From: Eubacteriales bacterium
GTDB lineage: Bacteria > Bacillota > Clostridia > Oscillospirales > JAAYXM01
Assembly (NCBI GenBank): GCA_045595605.1
Contig: JAZOAS010000149.1
Coordinates: forward strand, 5,462 to 69,461
Reading direction: 5' to 3'
DNA: 64,000 bases
The translations under genes and the position numbers were made by a program. The stretch's first letter is position 1; each line of letters opens with the position of its first letter. Positions 27,243-39,742 of this stretch are shown here, piece by piece. The notes beneath the pieces were generated by a model. It had not been told where the DNA came from and made no database searches. It saw only the letters and a list, made by a program, of their open reading frames with translations.

Positions 27243-28550
27243 ATGAACAACGCAAGCGACATCTGGAATAGCGTTCTGCGTGTTATGAGAGAAGAACTCA
27301 AAATGAGTCAGACCACGCTCAATACCTGGTTTGACGACATCGAAGCGGCGGAGTTTTCAGACAACTCTCTGCTCCTTCTCACAACGGCTGAATTCAAAAA
27401 GGGCATAATCATTCAGAACTACTCCGAAATGATTAAAAATGCGCTCTTTGAAATCTTCTCCGTTCCGATTGAATTCAATCTTCTTACCAAGGACGAATAC
27501 GAGGCTCTGAACGGTCCTTCGAGAAAGACTACTCCGATTGATTACGAATACTCCTTTGAGAAGTTCGTCGTCGGTAACTCGAACAAGTTCGCTCACGCGG
27601 CAGCGAAAGCTGTTGCGTCTGATCCGGGCTCATCCTATAACCCGCTTCTCATCCACGGTGAGAGCGGTCTCGGAAAGACTCACCTGCTCTACGCTATTGC
27701 AGGCACTATCAAGAAAAATAACCCGGGCGCAAAAATTACATATGTAAAAAGTGAAGATTTTACAAACGAGCTTATTTCCGCTCTCCAGCGCCATAACCTT
27801 GAGGACTTCCGCGATAAGTACAGAAACTCGGACATCCTCTTGGTTGACGATATCCAGTTCATCGCGGGAAAGGACAGCACGCAGGAGGAATTTTTCCATA
27901 CCTTCAACGCGCTATATGAAGCTAAAAAGCAGATTGTCCTTACCTCAGACCGTCCGCCGAAGGAAATGGCAAAGCTTGAGGACAGACTCCGCACCCGTTT
28001 TGAGTGGGGTCTTCTTGCGGATATCGAACCGCCTGATTTTGAGACGAGAATGGCTATCATAAGCCTTAAGGCTAACCTTATCGGTCTTACGCTCACCGTA
28101 GAACAGAAAGAGCTTATTGCAAACAATGTCACGGCAAATGTCCGCCAGCTTGAAGGTGCTGTACATAAACTTTTAGCTTATCGCGACCTTCTTCAGGATG
28201 TTGACGGCATGCAGGCGGCAGAACGCGCCATACGCGATATTTTCGCCGAAAATCCGTGGATTAACCCGACACCCGAGTTCATTATCAAGGCTGTCGCAAA
28301 ATACTTTGAAATCAACCCTGAGGACATCACAGGCAAGGACCGCTCTCAGAAGATGGTCGAGCCGAGAAAGATTGCGATGTATATGGTCCGCGATATGACT
28401 CACCTCTCCTTCCCGAAGATGGGCGAGGTTTTCAATAAGGACCACTCAACAGTAAAGCACGCCATCGACTCTCTCGAGGAACAGCTTAAAGATGACTCGG
28501 CTCTCAGAGAAAAAATTCAGGATGTAAAAAGCTCTGTTCTGACACCGTGA
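27243..28550 (+). CDS. dnaA: Chromosomal replication initiator protein DnaA
   Basis: AAA+ GESGLGKTHLL, box VII, and C-terminal DNA-binding domain FNKDHSTVKHA. Confidence 0.98.
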   Translation: MNNASDIWNSVLRVMREELKMSQTTLNTWFDDIEAAEFSDNSLLLLTTAEFKKGIIIQNYSEMIKNALFEIFSVPIEFNLLTKDEYEALNGPSRKTTPIDYEYSFEKFVVGNSNKFAHAAAKAVASDPGSSYNPLLIHGESGLGKTHLLYAIAGTIKKNNPGAKITYVKSEDFTNELISALQRHNLEDFRDKYRNSDILLVDDIQFIAGKDSTQEEFFHTFNALYEAKKQIVLTSDRPPKEMAKLEDRLRTRFEWGLLADIEPPDFETRMAIISLKANLIGLTLTVEQKELIANNVTANVRQLEGAVHKLLAYRDLLQDVDGMQAAERAIRDIFAENPWINPTPEFIIKAVAKYFEINPEDITGKDRSQKMVEPRKIAMYMVRDMTHLSFPKMGEVFNKDHSTVKHAIDSLEEQLKDDSALREKIQDVKSSVLTP

Positions 28551-28785
28551 TATCCACAGTTTCCCTGTGGAATCAACAGGGATAAGTTTCGGATAACTTT
28601 TTGTGTTTTATTTTCTGTGGAAAGAGAAAAATTTATCAACAAAGTGCTGTTGATGTAATTTTCGCTTTATTTAAGTACTTAGACATACTTTTACACAGTT
28701 TCCACAGCCTATACTAATAATACTAAAAATATATTATATTCTTTTTTTATTAAAAATATTCCTCTTAAAGAAAGGAAAATTAAAA
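28550..28785. other. oriC core: DnaA-box cluster plus AT-rich unwinding element in the dnaA-dnaN spacer
   Basis: DnaA-box-like 9-mers versus TTATCCACA: ATATCCACA 28550..28558 (8/9) and TTATCAACA 28633..28641 (8/9). Weaker boxes are gTtTCCACA 28698..28706, TGTGGAAAG 28616..28624, TTCGGATAA 28588..28596 and TGTGGAATC 28566..28574. An almost pure A/T stretch follows at ~28711..28770. Confidence 0.7.
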
Positions 28786-29895
28786 ATGAAATTTGTATGC
28801 GAAAAATCTGTTCTCATGTCTGCCATCACAAGAACATCCTGGGCTGTTGCTTCAAAGAGCGCAGTTCCGGTTATGGAAGGTCTTCTTATTGATGCATCTT
28901 CTGAGCTTACTCTCACGGGTTATGACCTTTCAACCGGAATCAAAGTAACCGTTCCGGCAGAAATTCAGGAGACAGGAAAAATCGTTGTAAATGCGAGAAT
29001 TTTAAGCGATATTATCCGCCTTCTTCCGGATGAGCCGGTTACCTTCTCAACAGACGAGAATATGTTTGCAACGGTTGTTTGCAAAAATGTCCGTCACGAT
29101 GTTGTATGCATGTCAGCAAAAGATTTCCCCGCTCTTCCCGAGATTGAGAAGAAGTTTTTCCTCTCTCTTGCTCAGAGCGATTTGAAGCAGATGATTTCGC
29201 AGACGATTTTTGCTATAAGCGGTGATGAGTCAAAGCCGGTTCACACAGGCTCTTTGTTTGATGTTGACGGGGACAAGGTTACCGTCTGCTCGGTTGACGG
29301 CTTCCGCCTTTCTTACAGAAGCGCTGCCTGTGAAAATGAGAGCGAAGAGGTTAAATTCTCTTTCGTTGTTCCGGGCGGAACTTTAAAGGAAGTTGAAAAG
29401 CTCTGCGAGGAGTCTGACGCGAAGGCTTCAATCTGCGTAGGTCAGAAGCATATTATCTTCGAGCTTTCGGGATGTATGATTATTTCCCGTATCCTTGACG
29501 GCGATTTCCTTAACTACAAGAACGCTGTTCCGAAATCCTCAGCTTTCAAGGTCCGCGTTAACCGCCGCGACCTTATTTCCGCTATTGAGCGCGTTTCAAT
29601 TCTCATAAGCGAGAGAATTAAGAACCCGGTTCACTTAAACTTTACCGAAAAGACACTTCACATAAGCTGCCGCACGCCTATCGGCTCTTCAAAGGACGAA
29701 TGTGCGCTTTTAAATGCAGGCGATACTCTTGAAATCGGCTTTAACCACAAGTATCTTCTCGATGCTCTCCGCGCGTGTCCCAATGACGAGGTTGAGCTTG
29801 AGCTCAATACCCATGTCGCTCCGATTATAATTACTCCGCCTGAAAGTGACGAGTATTTACACCTCATTCTCCCCGTAAGACTCAAGGCTGAATAA
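28786..29895 (+). CDS. dnaN: DNA polymerase III beta sliding clamp
   Basis: 369 aa, MKFVCEKSVLMSAI..., conserved position after dnaA. Confidence 0.97.
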   Translation: MKFVCEKSVLMSAITRTSWAVASKSAVPVMEGLLIDASSELTLTGYDLSTGIKVTVPAEIQETGKIVVNARILSDIIRLLPDEPVTFSTDENMFATVVCKNVRHDVVCMSAKDFPALPEIEKKFFLSLAQSDLKQMISQTIFAISGDESKPVHTGSLFDVDGDKVTVCSVDGFRLSYRSAACENESEEVKFSFVVPGGTLKEVEKLCEESDAKASICVGQKHIIFELSGCMIISRILDGDFLNYKNAVPKSSAFKVRVNRRDLISAIERVSILISERIKNPVHLNFTEKTLHISCRTPIGSSKDECALLNAGDTLEIGFNHKYLLDALRACPNDEVELELNTHVAPIIITPPESDEYLHLILPVRLKAE

Positions 29896-29897
29896 AA

Positions 29898-31007
29898 ATG
29901 AAAATCAAAAAGCTGTTTCTTGAAAATTTCAGAAACTACAAAAGCGCAGAGGTTTCGTTTTCCGACGGTCAGAACCTCATTTTCGGTGAGAACGCCCAAG
30001 GGAAAACAAACTTATTAGAGGCGATTTTCTATCTTTCGTGTCTAAAAAACTTTCATTCCTCACGCGATTTTGACGCTGTAATGCTCGGTGAGAGTGAGGC
30101 AAAAATAATCGGCGGGTTTGAAGCCTACGGCAGAGATATGGAAGTTGAGCTTCGCATAAAAAACGGCTCGCGCCGCCTTTTTGTTAACGGAATCGAAGAG
30201 AAGCGACCGTCAAACCATATAGGGCTTATAAGAACGGTTGTTTTCTCACCCGATGACTTAAAGCTTATAAAGGACGGCCCCGCACTTCGCCGCAGGTTTT
30301 TAAACATCGCGATTTCGCAGATGCGACCGTCATACATAAAAGCTCTTGCGGAGCATAACAGGATAATTGAAAACAAAAAGCGCATTTTAAAAATGGAGGA
30401 AGGAAGAGAGAAATATCTCGATTTTCTCGACATTTTAAACGAAAAGCTCGCTGAGAATTACGCTTACATAATCCGCGAGCGAGGCGAATTTTTAAAAAAG
30501 AGCGCAGAGATTGTAAAGCGCGTCGGGTTTGAAATTTCGTCGGGAAGGGAAGAATTTTTGCTTTCCTATTCTCCCGCAAGCTCAATTGAAGAAACAAACG
30601 ACCCCGATAATGCAAAAAAGCTTTTAGCTCACCTTTGCGCGAGAAAAAGCGCCGAGCTTTCGTCGTTTTCCTGCCTTATCGGCGCTCACCGAGACGATTT
30701 TTCGGTATCAATCAACGGCAAAAGCGCGCGCGATTTCGCGTCACAGGGGCAGATTCGCTCGGTGGTGCTCGCGCTTAAGGTTGCAGAGCACGAGATTCTT
30801 GAAGAGGACTCGGGTGAAGCTCCGATTCTTCTGCTCGACGATGTGTTGAGCGAGCTTGATACGAGCCGCCGCGCGTTTTTGATTAACGATGTAAACCGCG
30901 GTCAGACGGTAATCACCGGCTGTGACAGGTCGATGTTCTCTGAGCTTTTACACGGTAAGATTTTTACCGTTTCAAAGGGCGAAATTATAGACGAAAAGAA
31001 CAAATAG
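29898..31007 (+). CDS. recF: DNA replication and repair protein RecF
   Basis: N-terminal Walker A GENAQGKTNLLEA and SMC-like signature LLLDDVLSELD. Confidence 0.95.
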   Translation: MKIKKLFLENFRNYKSAEVSFSDGQNLIFGENAQGKTNLLEAIFYLSCLKNFHSSRDFDAVMLGESEAKIIGGFEAYGRDMEVELRIKNGSRRLFVNGIEEKRPSNHIGLIRTVVFSPDDLKLIKDGPALRRRFLNIAISQMRPSYIKALAEHNRIIENKKRILKMEEGREKYLDFLDILNEKLAENYAYIIRERGEFLKKSAEIVKRVGFEISSGREEFLLSYSPASSIEETNDPDNAKKLLAHLCARKSAELSSFSCLIGAHRDDFSVSINGKSARDFASQGQIRSVVLALKVAEHEILEEDSGEAPILLLDDVLSELDTSRRAFLINDVNRGQTVITGCDRSMFSELLHGKIFTVSKGEIIDEKNK

Positions 31008-31020
31008 AGAGGAGAGTTTT

Positions 31021-31284
31021 ATGTTTCTTCATATTGGTCGGGGAAAGCTCATTTCAAAAAGCTCGATAATCGGCGTTTTTGACCTTGAGATAACCTCACA
31101 GTCAAAGAGAACCAAAAGCTTTCTCTCAAAAAAGGAAAAGTCAAACCATGTTATAAATGTGTGTGACGATATTCCCCGTTCCTTCATTGTAACCCGCGAG
31201 GATAATAAGGAGCGTGTATATATATCGCAGATTTCTCCGCAGACACTGCAGAAAAGATGCGAAAACCTCATAGAAGAAGAATAA
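31021..31284 (+). CDS. remB: DUF370 protein (RemB/YaaB-like)
   Basis: 87 aa lying between recF and gyrB, like B. subtilis yaaB/remB. It has the N-terminal (F)LHIG...I...IIGVFD pattern. Confidence 0.75.
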   Translation: MFLHIGRGKLISKSSIIGVFDLEITSQSKRTKSFLSKKEKSNHVINVCDDIPRSFIVTREDNKERVYISQISPQTLQKRCENLIEEE

Positions 31285-33258
<1,974 letters not shown>

Positions 33259-33277
33259 CAAGAGAGGTAAAATATAA

Positions 33278-35764
33278 ATGGCTACTAAATCAAATAAAAA
33301 TGATAAACCGCTTAATCATCTTGAAATCGAAAAGATTATAGATGTTGAGCTTAATGCTGAAATGAAAAGGGCGTACATTGACTATTCAATGTCCGTTATC
33401 GTCGGTCGTGCGCTCCCAGATGTACGCGACGGCTTAAAGCCCGTTCACAGAAGAATACTCTATACGATGTACGAGGACGGCTTAACACCCGATAAGGCAT
33501 ACCGTAAGTCTGCGACAACCGTCGGTGATGTGCTCGGTAGATACCACCCGCACGGCGACAGCTCCGTTTACGATGCAATGGTCCGTATGGCGCAGTCCTT
33601 CTCTCTCCGTTATCCTATGGTTGACGGTCAGGGTAACTTCGGCTCGGTTGACGGCGACCCCGCCGCTGCATACCGTTATACTGAGGCGCGTCTTTCAAAG
33701 ATTGCGCTTGAGATGCTTGCCGATATAGACAAGGAAACGGTTGACTTCGTACCGAACTTCGACGGCTACCACGAAGAGCCGTCTGTTCTCCCGTCGCGTA
33801 TTCCGTCGCTTTTAGTCAACGGAAGTAACGGTATCGCCGTCGGTATGACTACAAACATCCCGCCGCATAACCTCGGCGAGGTAATTGACGCGGTAATCGA
33901 GATTATCGATAACCCCGAAGCAACTCTTGCCGACCTTATGGAGCATATTAAGGGTCCGGACTTCCCGACCGCAGGCGTAATTATGGGTATGGCGGGCATC
34001 CGCGCCGCTTACGCGACAGGTAAGGGTCACCTTAAAGTCCGCGCGAAAACTGAAATCGAAGAATTTGACAACGGTCGCTTCCGCATAGTTGCAACTGAGC
34101 TTCCGTATATGGTCAACAAGGCTCGCCTTATTGAGCATATCGCAGAGCTTGTAAAGAATAAGACGATTGAGGGTATTACAAATATCCAGGATGAGTCTAG
34201 CCGTGAGGGTATGCGCGTTGTTATCGAGCTTTCGCGTACCGCAAACCCGCAGGTTGTTCTGAATTCACTCTTTAAACATACTCAGATGCAGTCAACCTTC
34301 GGCGTAATTCTCCTTGCGCTTGTTGACAATAAGCCGAGAACGCTCTCTCTCCGAGATATTTTGGACCAGTACATAAACTTCCAGAAGGAAGTTATCAGAA
34401 GAAGAACTGCATTTGAGCTCAAAAAAGCTGAAGCAAGGGCTCACATCCTCGAGGGTCTCCGCATCGCGCTTGACCATATCGACGAGATTATAAAAATCAT
34501 CCGCACAAGCTACGATGATGCAAAGGCTCGCCTTATGGAAACCTTCAATATGAGCGATGTTCAGGCTCAGGCTGTTCTTGATATGCGCCTTGCGCGTCTT
34601 CAGGGCCTTGAGCGCGAGAAAATTGACGCTGAATATGCAGAGCTTATGAAGAAAATTGCTTACTGCAAGGAAGTTCTTGAATCAGATGCTCTCGTTGCGG
34701 GCATTCTTAAAGATGAGCTCACTGTCATAAAGGACAAGTACGGCGACCCGAGAAGAACGGAAATCTGCCCGATTGATGACGAGATTGATATTGAAGACTT
34801 AATCCCGGTTGAGGACTGTGCATATACGCTCACGCACCGCGGTTATATTAAGCGTATGCCGGTTTCTGTTTACCGCTCGCAGAACCGTGGCGGCAGAGGT
34901 GTTTCGGCGATGAAGCAGAAGGAAGAGGACTTTGTTGAGACAATGTTCACCTCTTCAAGCCACGACTGGGTGCTCTTCTTCACAACCCGCGGAAGAATGT
35001 ATCGCCTCAAGGGCTATCAGATTCCCGAGTCAAGCCGTACGGCTGTCGGTATGAATATAGTTAACCTCATCGCATTCGAGCCTGACGAAAAGGTTACGGC
35101 GATGCTCTCCATAAAGGAGTTTGACGATGAACACTTCCTCGTAATGGCAACGAGAAACGGTATCGTAAAGCGTATTGCGCTCTCAAGAGTTGACTCAACG
35201 AGAAAGGCGGGCGTTCGCGCAATAGGTCTCGATGATGACGACGAGCTTATCTCAGTTATGCTCACAGACTCTGAAAGTGAGCTCATGCTTGCAACGAGAA
35301 AGGGTATGGCTATCCGCTTCAAAGCATCCGACATCCGCGCAACAGGAAGAGAGGCAGGCGGTGTTTACGGTATCGACCTCCGTGAGGGAGATTACCTCAT
35401 CGGCGCTGCCGCAGTACGCGAGGGCAAGGATATCTTGACCGTTACGGAAAAGGGTATAGGAAAGAGAACTCCTGTTTCCGAGTACCGTCTCCAGAGCCGT
35501 TACGGCAAGGGTATAATGAACTATAACATAAGCGATAAGACAGGCGAAATCGCAAGCGTTATAATGGTTGACGACAGCGAGGATGTTATGATAATATCTA
35601 ATGACGGTATTATTATAAGACTTCCTGCACGCGACATAAGCTGTCTCGGACGAGTTACGCGCGGCGTAATCCTCATGCGCGTTGCTGACGATGTAAGCGT
35701 TATCTCCGTCGCCGCCGCACCTCACGAAGAAGAGGAAGAAGCAGCGGCTGAGGCTGAAGAATAA
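33278..35764 (+). CDS. gyrA: DNA gyrase subunit A
   Basis: Active-site region [28 protein letters not shown], and an acidic C-terminal tail. Confidence 0.98.
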   Translation: MATKSNKNDKPLNHLEIEKIIDVELNAEMKRAYIDYSMSVIVGRALPDVRDGLKPVHRRILYTMYEDGLTPDKAYRKSATTVGDVLGRYHPHGDSSVYDAMVRMAQSFSLRYPMVDGQGNFGSVDGDPAAAYRYTEARLSKIALEMLADIDKETVDFVPNFDGYHEEPSVLPSRIPSLLVNGSNGIAVGMTTNIPPHNLGEVIDAVIEIIDNPEATLADLMEHIKGPDFPTAGVIMGMAGIRAAYATGKGHLKVRAKTEIEEFDNGRFRIVATELPYMVNKARLIEHIAELVKNKTIEGITNIQDESSREGMRVVIELSRTANPQVVLNSLFKHTQMQSTFGVILLALVDNKPRTLSLRDILDQYINFQKEVIRRRTAFELKKAEARAHILEGLRIALDHIDEIIKIIRTSYDDAKARLMETFNMSDVQAQAVLDMRLARLQGLEREKIDAEYAELMKKIAYCKEVLESDALVAGILKDELTVIKDKYGDPRRTEICPIDDEIDIEDLIPVEDCAYTLTHRGYIKRMPVSVYRSQNRGGRGVSAMKQKEEDFVETMFTSSSHDWVLFFTTRGRMYRLKGYQIPESSRTAVGMNIVNLIAFEPDEKVTAMLSIKEFDDEHFLVMATRNGIVKRIALSRVDSTRKAGVRAIGLDDDDELISVMLTDSESELMLATRKGMAIRFKASDIRATGREAGGVYGIDLREGDYLIGAAAVREGKDILTVTEKGIGKRTPVSEYRLQSRYGKGIMNYNISDKTGEIASVIMVDDSEDVMIISNDGIIIRLPARDISCLGRVTRGVILMRVADDVSVISVAAAPHEEEEEAAAEAEE

Positions 35765-35773
35765 ATTAAAAGA

Positions 35774-35803
35774 CGGGGCAGGCTTTGCCCTGCCCCGATT
35801 TTA
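35774..35803 (+). terminator. gyrA terminator
   Basis: CGGGGCAGGGC-ttt-GCCCTGCCCCG followed by ATTTT. Confidence 0.8.
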
Positions 35804-35928
35804 GTCTCAAAGAGGATGTCCCCACTCGCTCGCCAAAATAAATTTTGGCAACCGCTCGGGGATGACATGCAGGCGCCGTCGGCGTCTGTGACAGCAAGTC
35901 TGATAAGACAACTCAAAGGATAATTAAT

Positions 35929-36369
35929 ATGAAGAAAGTAACCATTTATACCGACGGCTCCTGCTCCGGCAACCCCGGACCCGGAGGGTGGGGCGCGATA
36001 CTCGAGTATAACGGAATAGAAAAAGAGATGTCGGGCGGCAGCCCCGATACTACAAACAACAAAATGGAGCTTTCGGGCGTTATTGAGGCGCTCTCTGCGC
36101 TCCGTGAGCCGTGTGAGGTAGAGCTTTTTACCGACAGCCGATATGTGGTTGACGGTATCGAAAAAGGCTGGGCAAAGAAATGGAAAGAAAACGGCTGGAT
36201 GAGAAACCGCCGTGAAAAGGCGCTCAATCCTGAGCTGTGGGACAAGCTCCTTACCCTTCTTGATGAGCATAAGGTCACCTTCCATTGGGTAAAGGGGCAT
36301 GACAGTAACGAAAAAAATAACCGCTGTGATACTCTCGCGGTTTTAAAATCAAAGGAATACATGGAGTGA
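35929..36369 (+). CDS. rnhA: Ribonuclease HI
   Basis: 146 aa with [46 protein letters not shown]. Confidence 0.9.
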   Translation: MKKVTIYTDGSCSGNPGPGGWGAILEYNGIEKEMSGGSPDTTNNKMELSGVIEALSALREPCEVELFTDSRYVVDGIEKGWAKKWKENGWMRNRREKALNPELWDKLLTLLDEHKVTFHWVKGHDSNEKNNRCDTLAVLKSKEYME

Positions 36370-36374
36370 AACAA

Positions 36375-37538
36375 ATGATATATGCAGATAATTCGGCAAC
36401 AACGCGTGTAAAACCCGAAGTTTTGGAGAAAATGTTGCCGTTTTTCAAAGAGCAGTACGGAAACCCCTCAAGCCTCTACACTTTTGCGTATGATGCAAAG
36501 CGCGCAGTTGAAGATGCAAGAGAAAAGGTTGCTTCCGTAATCGGTGCGAAGAGCCGTGAAATCTTCTTCACAAGCTGCGGAAGCGAGTCTGACAACTGGG
36601 CTATCCGCGGTGTTGCGGATAAATACGAATCAGGTCACATCATAACCTCGGCGATTGAGCATCCCGCAGTTATGAATACCTGTAAATATCTCGAGAAAAA
36701 GGGATATGAGGTGACTTATCTCCCCGTTGACGAGCTCGGCAGAGTTTCGGCAGAGGATGTAAAAAAAGCTATCCGCAAGGATACGATTCTTATAAGCATA
36801 ATGACCGCAAATAACGAAATCGGCACAATTCAGCCGATTGCCGAAATCGGAAAAATCGCAAAAGAGAACAAAATTCTCTTCCATACCGACGCTGTTCAGG
36901 CGTACGGACACATTCCGATAAATGTTGACGAGATGAATATAGACCTTCTCTCGCTCTCGGGTCATAAAATCGGTGCTCCGAAGGGTATTGGTGCGCTTTA
37001 TGTGAGAACGGGTATAAAGCTTACAAACCTCATCTGCGGCGGCGGTCAGGAAAAAGGCAGACGCGCAGGAACGGAGAATGTTCCGTATATCGCAGGTCTT
37101 GGCGAGGCGGCGCGCCTTGCAAAAGAAAATATGGAAGAAAATGTAAAAAAACTTACAGAAATGAGAAAAAGGCTCATTGAAAGGGTTACAAAAATACCTT
37201 ACACAAAGCTCACGGGCGACCCGGAAAACCGTCTCCCCGGTCTTTGCAGTATAGTTATCGAAGGAATCGAGGGCGAGGCACTGCTGCTCAATATGTGGAA
37301 CGAGGGCATCTGCGCAAGCTCAGGCTCTGCCTGCTCTTCAGGCTCGCTTGACCCGTCGCATGTCCTTCTCGCAATCGGACTTCCCCATCACATCGCCCAC
37401 GGCTCACTCAGGCTCTCACTCGGCGAGGACAATGAGGTCGGCGATGAAATTAAGATTGCCGAAGCGGTCGAGCGTGTTGCCGAGAAGCTTCGCGCAATGA
37501 GCCCCGTCTGGGAAAACGGCAAACCGATGTGGGCATAA
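36375..37538 (+). CDS. nifS: Cysteine desulfurase (NifS/IscS type)
   Basis: PLP-Lys region [17 protein letters not shown] and catalytic loop [10 protein letters not shown] prefer ATG 36375 (GGAG 8 nt upstream) over the GTG at 36366. Confidence 0.9.
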   Translation: MIYADNSATTRVKPEVLEKMLPFFKEQYGNPSSLYTFAYDAKRAVEDAREKVASVIGAKSREIFFTSCGSESDNWAIRGVADKYESGHIITSAIEHPAVMNTCKYLEKKGYEVTYLPVDELGRVSAEDVKKAIRKDTILISIMTANNEIGTIQPIAEIGKIAKENKILFHTDAVQAYGHIPINVDEMNIDLLSLSGHKIGAPKGIGALYVRTGIKLTNLICGGGQEKGRRAGTENVPYIAGLGEAARLAKENMEENVKKLTEMRKRLIERVTKIPYTKLTGDPENRLPGLCSIVIEGIEGEALLLNMWNEGICASSGSACSSGSLDPSHVLLAIGLPHHIAHGSLRLSLGEDNEVGDEIKIAEAVERVAEKLRAMSPVWENGKPMWA

Positions 37539-37562
37539 AATTTTAAATTAAGGAGAAAAATT

Positions 37563-37997
37563 ATGTATAGCGATAAAGTTTTAGACCATTTCCAGAACCC
37601 GCGCAATGTCGGAGAAATCGCCGATGCAAACGCTGTCGGTCAGGTTGGCAACTCCAAGTGCGGAGATATTATGAAGATGTATATGAAGATAGAAAACGAT
37701 GTCATCGTTGATGTATCGTTCAAGACCTTCGGTTGCGGCGCCGCGATTGCGACATCATCAATGGCAACCGAAATGGTAAAGGGAAAAACCGTCGAAGAGG
37801 CGCTCAAGCTCACAAACCGCGCGGTTGCAGAAGCTCTTGACGGACTTCCACCTGAAAAGCTTCACTGCTCAGTTCTTGCGGAGGAGGCTATCCGCTCCGC
37901 AATCGGCGACTACTACAAAAAGACAGGCCGCGATACCTCAGAGCTCGGTCTCTGCGACGGAAACTGCGAGAATTGCTGTTCTCACGGTCACCACTAA
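37563..37997 (+). CDS. nifU: Fe-S cluster scaffold NifU/IscU
   Basis: HFQNPRNVG, CGD, and the three conserved Cys (GNSKCGD, FGCGAAIA, LHCSVLAEEA). Confidence 0.9.
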   Translation: MYSDKVLDHFQNPRNVGEIADANAVGQVGNSKCGDIMKMYMKIENDVIVDVSFKTFGCGAAIATSSMATEMVKGKTVEEALKLTNRAVAEALDGLPPEKLHCSVLAEEAIRSAIGDYYKKTGRDTSELGLCDGNCENCCSHGHH

Positions 37998-38082
37998 GTA
38001 TAAAACAGGATAAATTCAACTGACCGTTATCAAAAAACGGTCAGTTTTATGTGTAAAAGATGAAAGGATACATATATATAAT

Positions 38083-39471
38083 ATGGAAAAAACTCTCACA
38101 GAAAACAAAATGGGAACCGCGCCAATCGGCAGACTTCTTATGGGAATGGCGATTCCCATGATGATTTCGATGCTCGTACAGGCGTTTTATAATGTCGTTG
38201 ACAGCATCTTCGTCGCGCAGATTTCGGAAAACGCTCTGAGCGCAGTTTCGCTTGCATTCCCGCTCCAGAATATTATGATAGCCTTCGGCGGCGGTACGGC
38301 GCTCGGTATGAACGCTATTCTCTCCCGCGCGCTTGGCGAGAAGAGACAGGACGAGGCTGACCGCGCGGCAAATACGGGAATCTTCCTCTCAATTATGTCG
38401 GCGCTTGTCTGCGCGCTTATAGGCTTTTTCCTCACCCGCCCGTTCTTTGAGCTTATGACGGATGTCACGGAAATCGTCGATTACGGAACAGACTATGCAA
38501 GTATCTGCCTTATCTTCTCAATAGGTATCTTCTCACAGTTCTGCTTCGAGCGACTTCTCCAGTCAACGGGAAAAACCTCGCTCGCAATGGTCTGCCAGCT
38601 CATCGGCGCGGTTATAAACATAATCCTCGACCCGATTCTCATTTTTGAAAAGGGTGAAGTTCTTTTCGGTGGCGCGTTCACGATGCCGATAGGCTTCGGT
38701 CTTGATGTCGCGGGTGCGGCATATGCAACGATTTCAGGTCAGATTATCGCGGCGATTGTTGCGATTATCCTCAATATCACGGTAAACCGCGAGATAAACA
38801 TCTCTATAAAGAAAATCCGCTTCAACGGAGAAACAGCGGGAAAGATTTATACAATCGGTTTCCCGTCAATTCTCATGCAGTCGGTCGGTTCGGTAATGAA
38901 CTTCTGCCTCAATCAGATTCTTCTTGGCTTTTCTACCACCGCAACCGCAGTTTTCGGCTCATACTTCAAGCTCCAGAGCTTCATATTCATGCCCGTTTTC
39001 GGTCTCAATAACGGTATGATTCCGATAATTTCGTACAACTACGGCGCGCGTCGCCCAGACAGAATCAAGAAGACGATAACCGTCGCGATAATTACCGCGA
39101 TGTCGGTTATGGCTTGCGGAACGATTATTTTTGAGTTCTTCCCCGAGATTCTTCTCGGCTTCTTCAACGCATCCCCTGAGATGCTTACGCTCGGCATCCC
39201 CGCGCTTCGTATAATCGCAACCCACTTTATCGTTGCGGGCTTCTGTATTATAGTAAACTCCGTCTGTCAGGCGATAGGAAACCCGTTCCATTCGCTTATT
39301 ATCTCAATCTGCCGACAGCTTGTCGTTCTTATTCCCGCGGCATATTTGCTCTCAAAAACGGGCATACTTAATCTTGTCTGGTTTGCTTTCCCGATTGCGG
39401 AAGTCGCGTCGCTTATCATGTGCCTTATCTTCCTGAAAAGGACTTTGGAAAAGGTTCACGCGACAGAATAA
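38083..39471 (+). CDS. MATE-family efflux transporter
   Basis: 462 aa, 12 TM, with the N-terminal pattern LLMGMAIPMMISMLVQAFYNVVDSIFVAQ. Confidence 0.88.
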   Translation: MEKTLTENKMGTAPIGRLLMGMAIPMMISMLVQAFYNVVDSIFVAQISENALSAVSLAFPLQNIMIAFGGGTALGMNAILSRALGEKRQDEADRAANTGIFLSIMSALVCALIGFFLTRPFFELMTDVTEIVDYGTDYASICLIFSIGIFSQFCFERLLQSTGKTSLAMVCQLIGAVINIILDPILIFEKGEVLFGGAFTMPIGFGLDVAGAAYATISGQIIAAIVAIILNITVNREINISIKKIRFNGETAGKIYTIGFPSILMQSVGSVMNFCLNQILLGFSTTATAVFGSYFKLQSFIFMPVFGLNNGMIPIISYNYGARRPDRIKKTITVAIITAMSVMACGTIIFEFFPEILLGFFNASPEMLTLGIPALRIIATHFIVAGFCIIVNSVCQAIGNPFHSLIISICRQLVVLIPAAYLLSKTGILNLVWFAFPIAEVASLIMCLIFLKRTLEKVHATE

Positions 39472-39491
39472 AAATTTTTCAAAGAAAACTG

Positions 39492-39520
39492 TTGACAAAC
39501 GGAAAAATTTTTGATATTAT
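39492..39520 (+). promoter_or_regulatory. tRNA operon promoter
   Basis: TTGACA (39492..39497), 17-nt spacer, TATTAT (39515..39520), about 18 nt before the tRNA 5' end. Confidence 0.65.
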
Positions 39521-39538
39521 TTATAGGCTGTTAAAAAT

Positions 39539-39614
39539 GCTGGTGTAGCTCAATTGGCAGAGCAGCTGATTTGTAATCAGCAGGTTGTAGGTTCAAGTCC
39601 TATCACCAGCTCCA
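39539..39614 (+). tRNA. tRNA-Thr (anticodon UGU), CCA encoded
   Basis: Hand-folded cloverleaf: acceptor GCTGGTG/CACCAGC, anticodon stem GCTGA/TCAGC, loop TTTGTAA, T-loop TTCAAGT. Confidence 0.92.
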
Positions 39615-39621
39615 GCTATAT

Positions 39622-39707
39622 GGAGGAGTTCCCGAGCGGCCAAAGGGGGCAGACTGTAAATCTGTTGTCTTTCGACTTCGGTGGTCCGAATCCACCCTCC
39701 TCCACCA
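39622..39707 (+). tRNA. tRNA-Tyr (anticodon GUA), long variable arm, CCA encoded
   Basis: Acceptor GGAGGAG/CTCCTCC, anticodon loop CTGTAAA, T-arm GGTGG-TCCGAAT-CCACC, 86 nt. Confidence 0.9.
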
Positions 39708-39712
39708 GAAAA

Positions 39713-39741
39713 TGACCTGATGCTTTGCATCAGGTCTTTTT
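39713..39741 (+). terminator. tRNA operon terminator
   Basis: GACCTGATGC-tt-GCATCAGGTC followed by T5. Confidence 0.8.
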
Positions 39742-39742
39742 C

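Noticed and set aside
35722-36300. 192-aa minus-strand ORF (and 35946..36374) opposite rnhA
   Set aside because: The plus-strand frame is a textbook RNase HI, so the antisense frames are artefacts.
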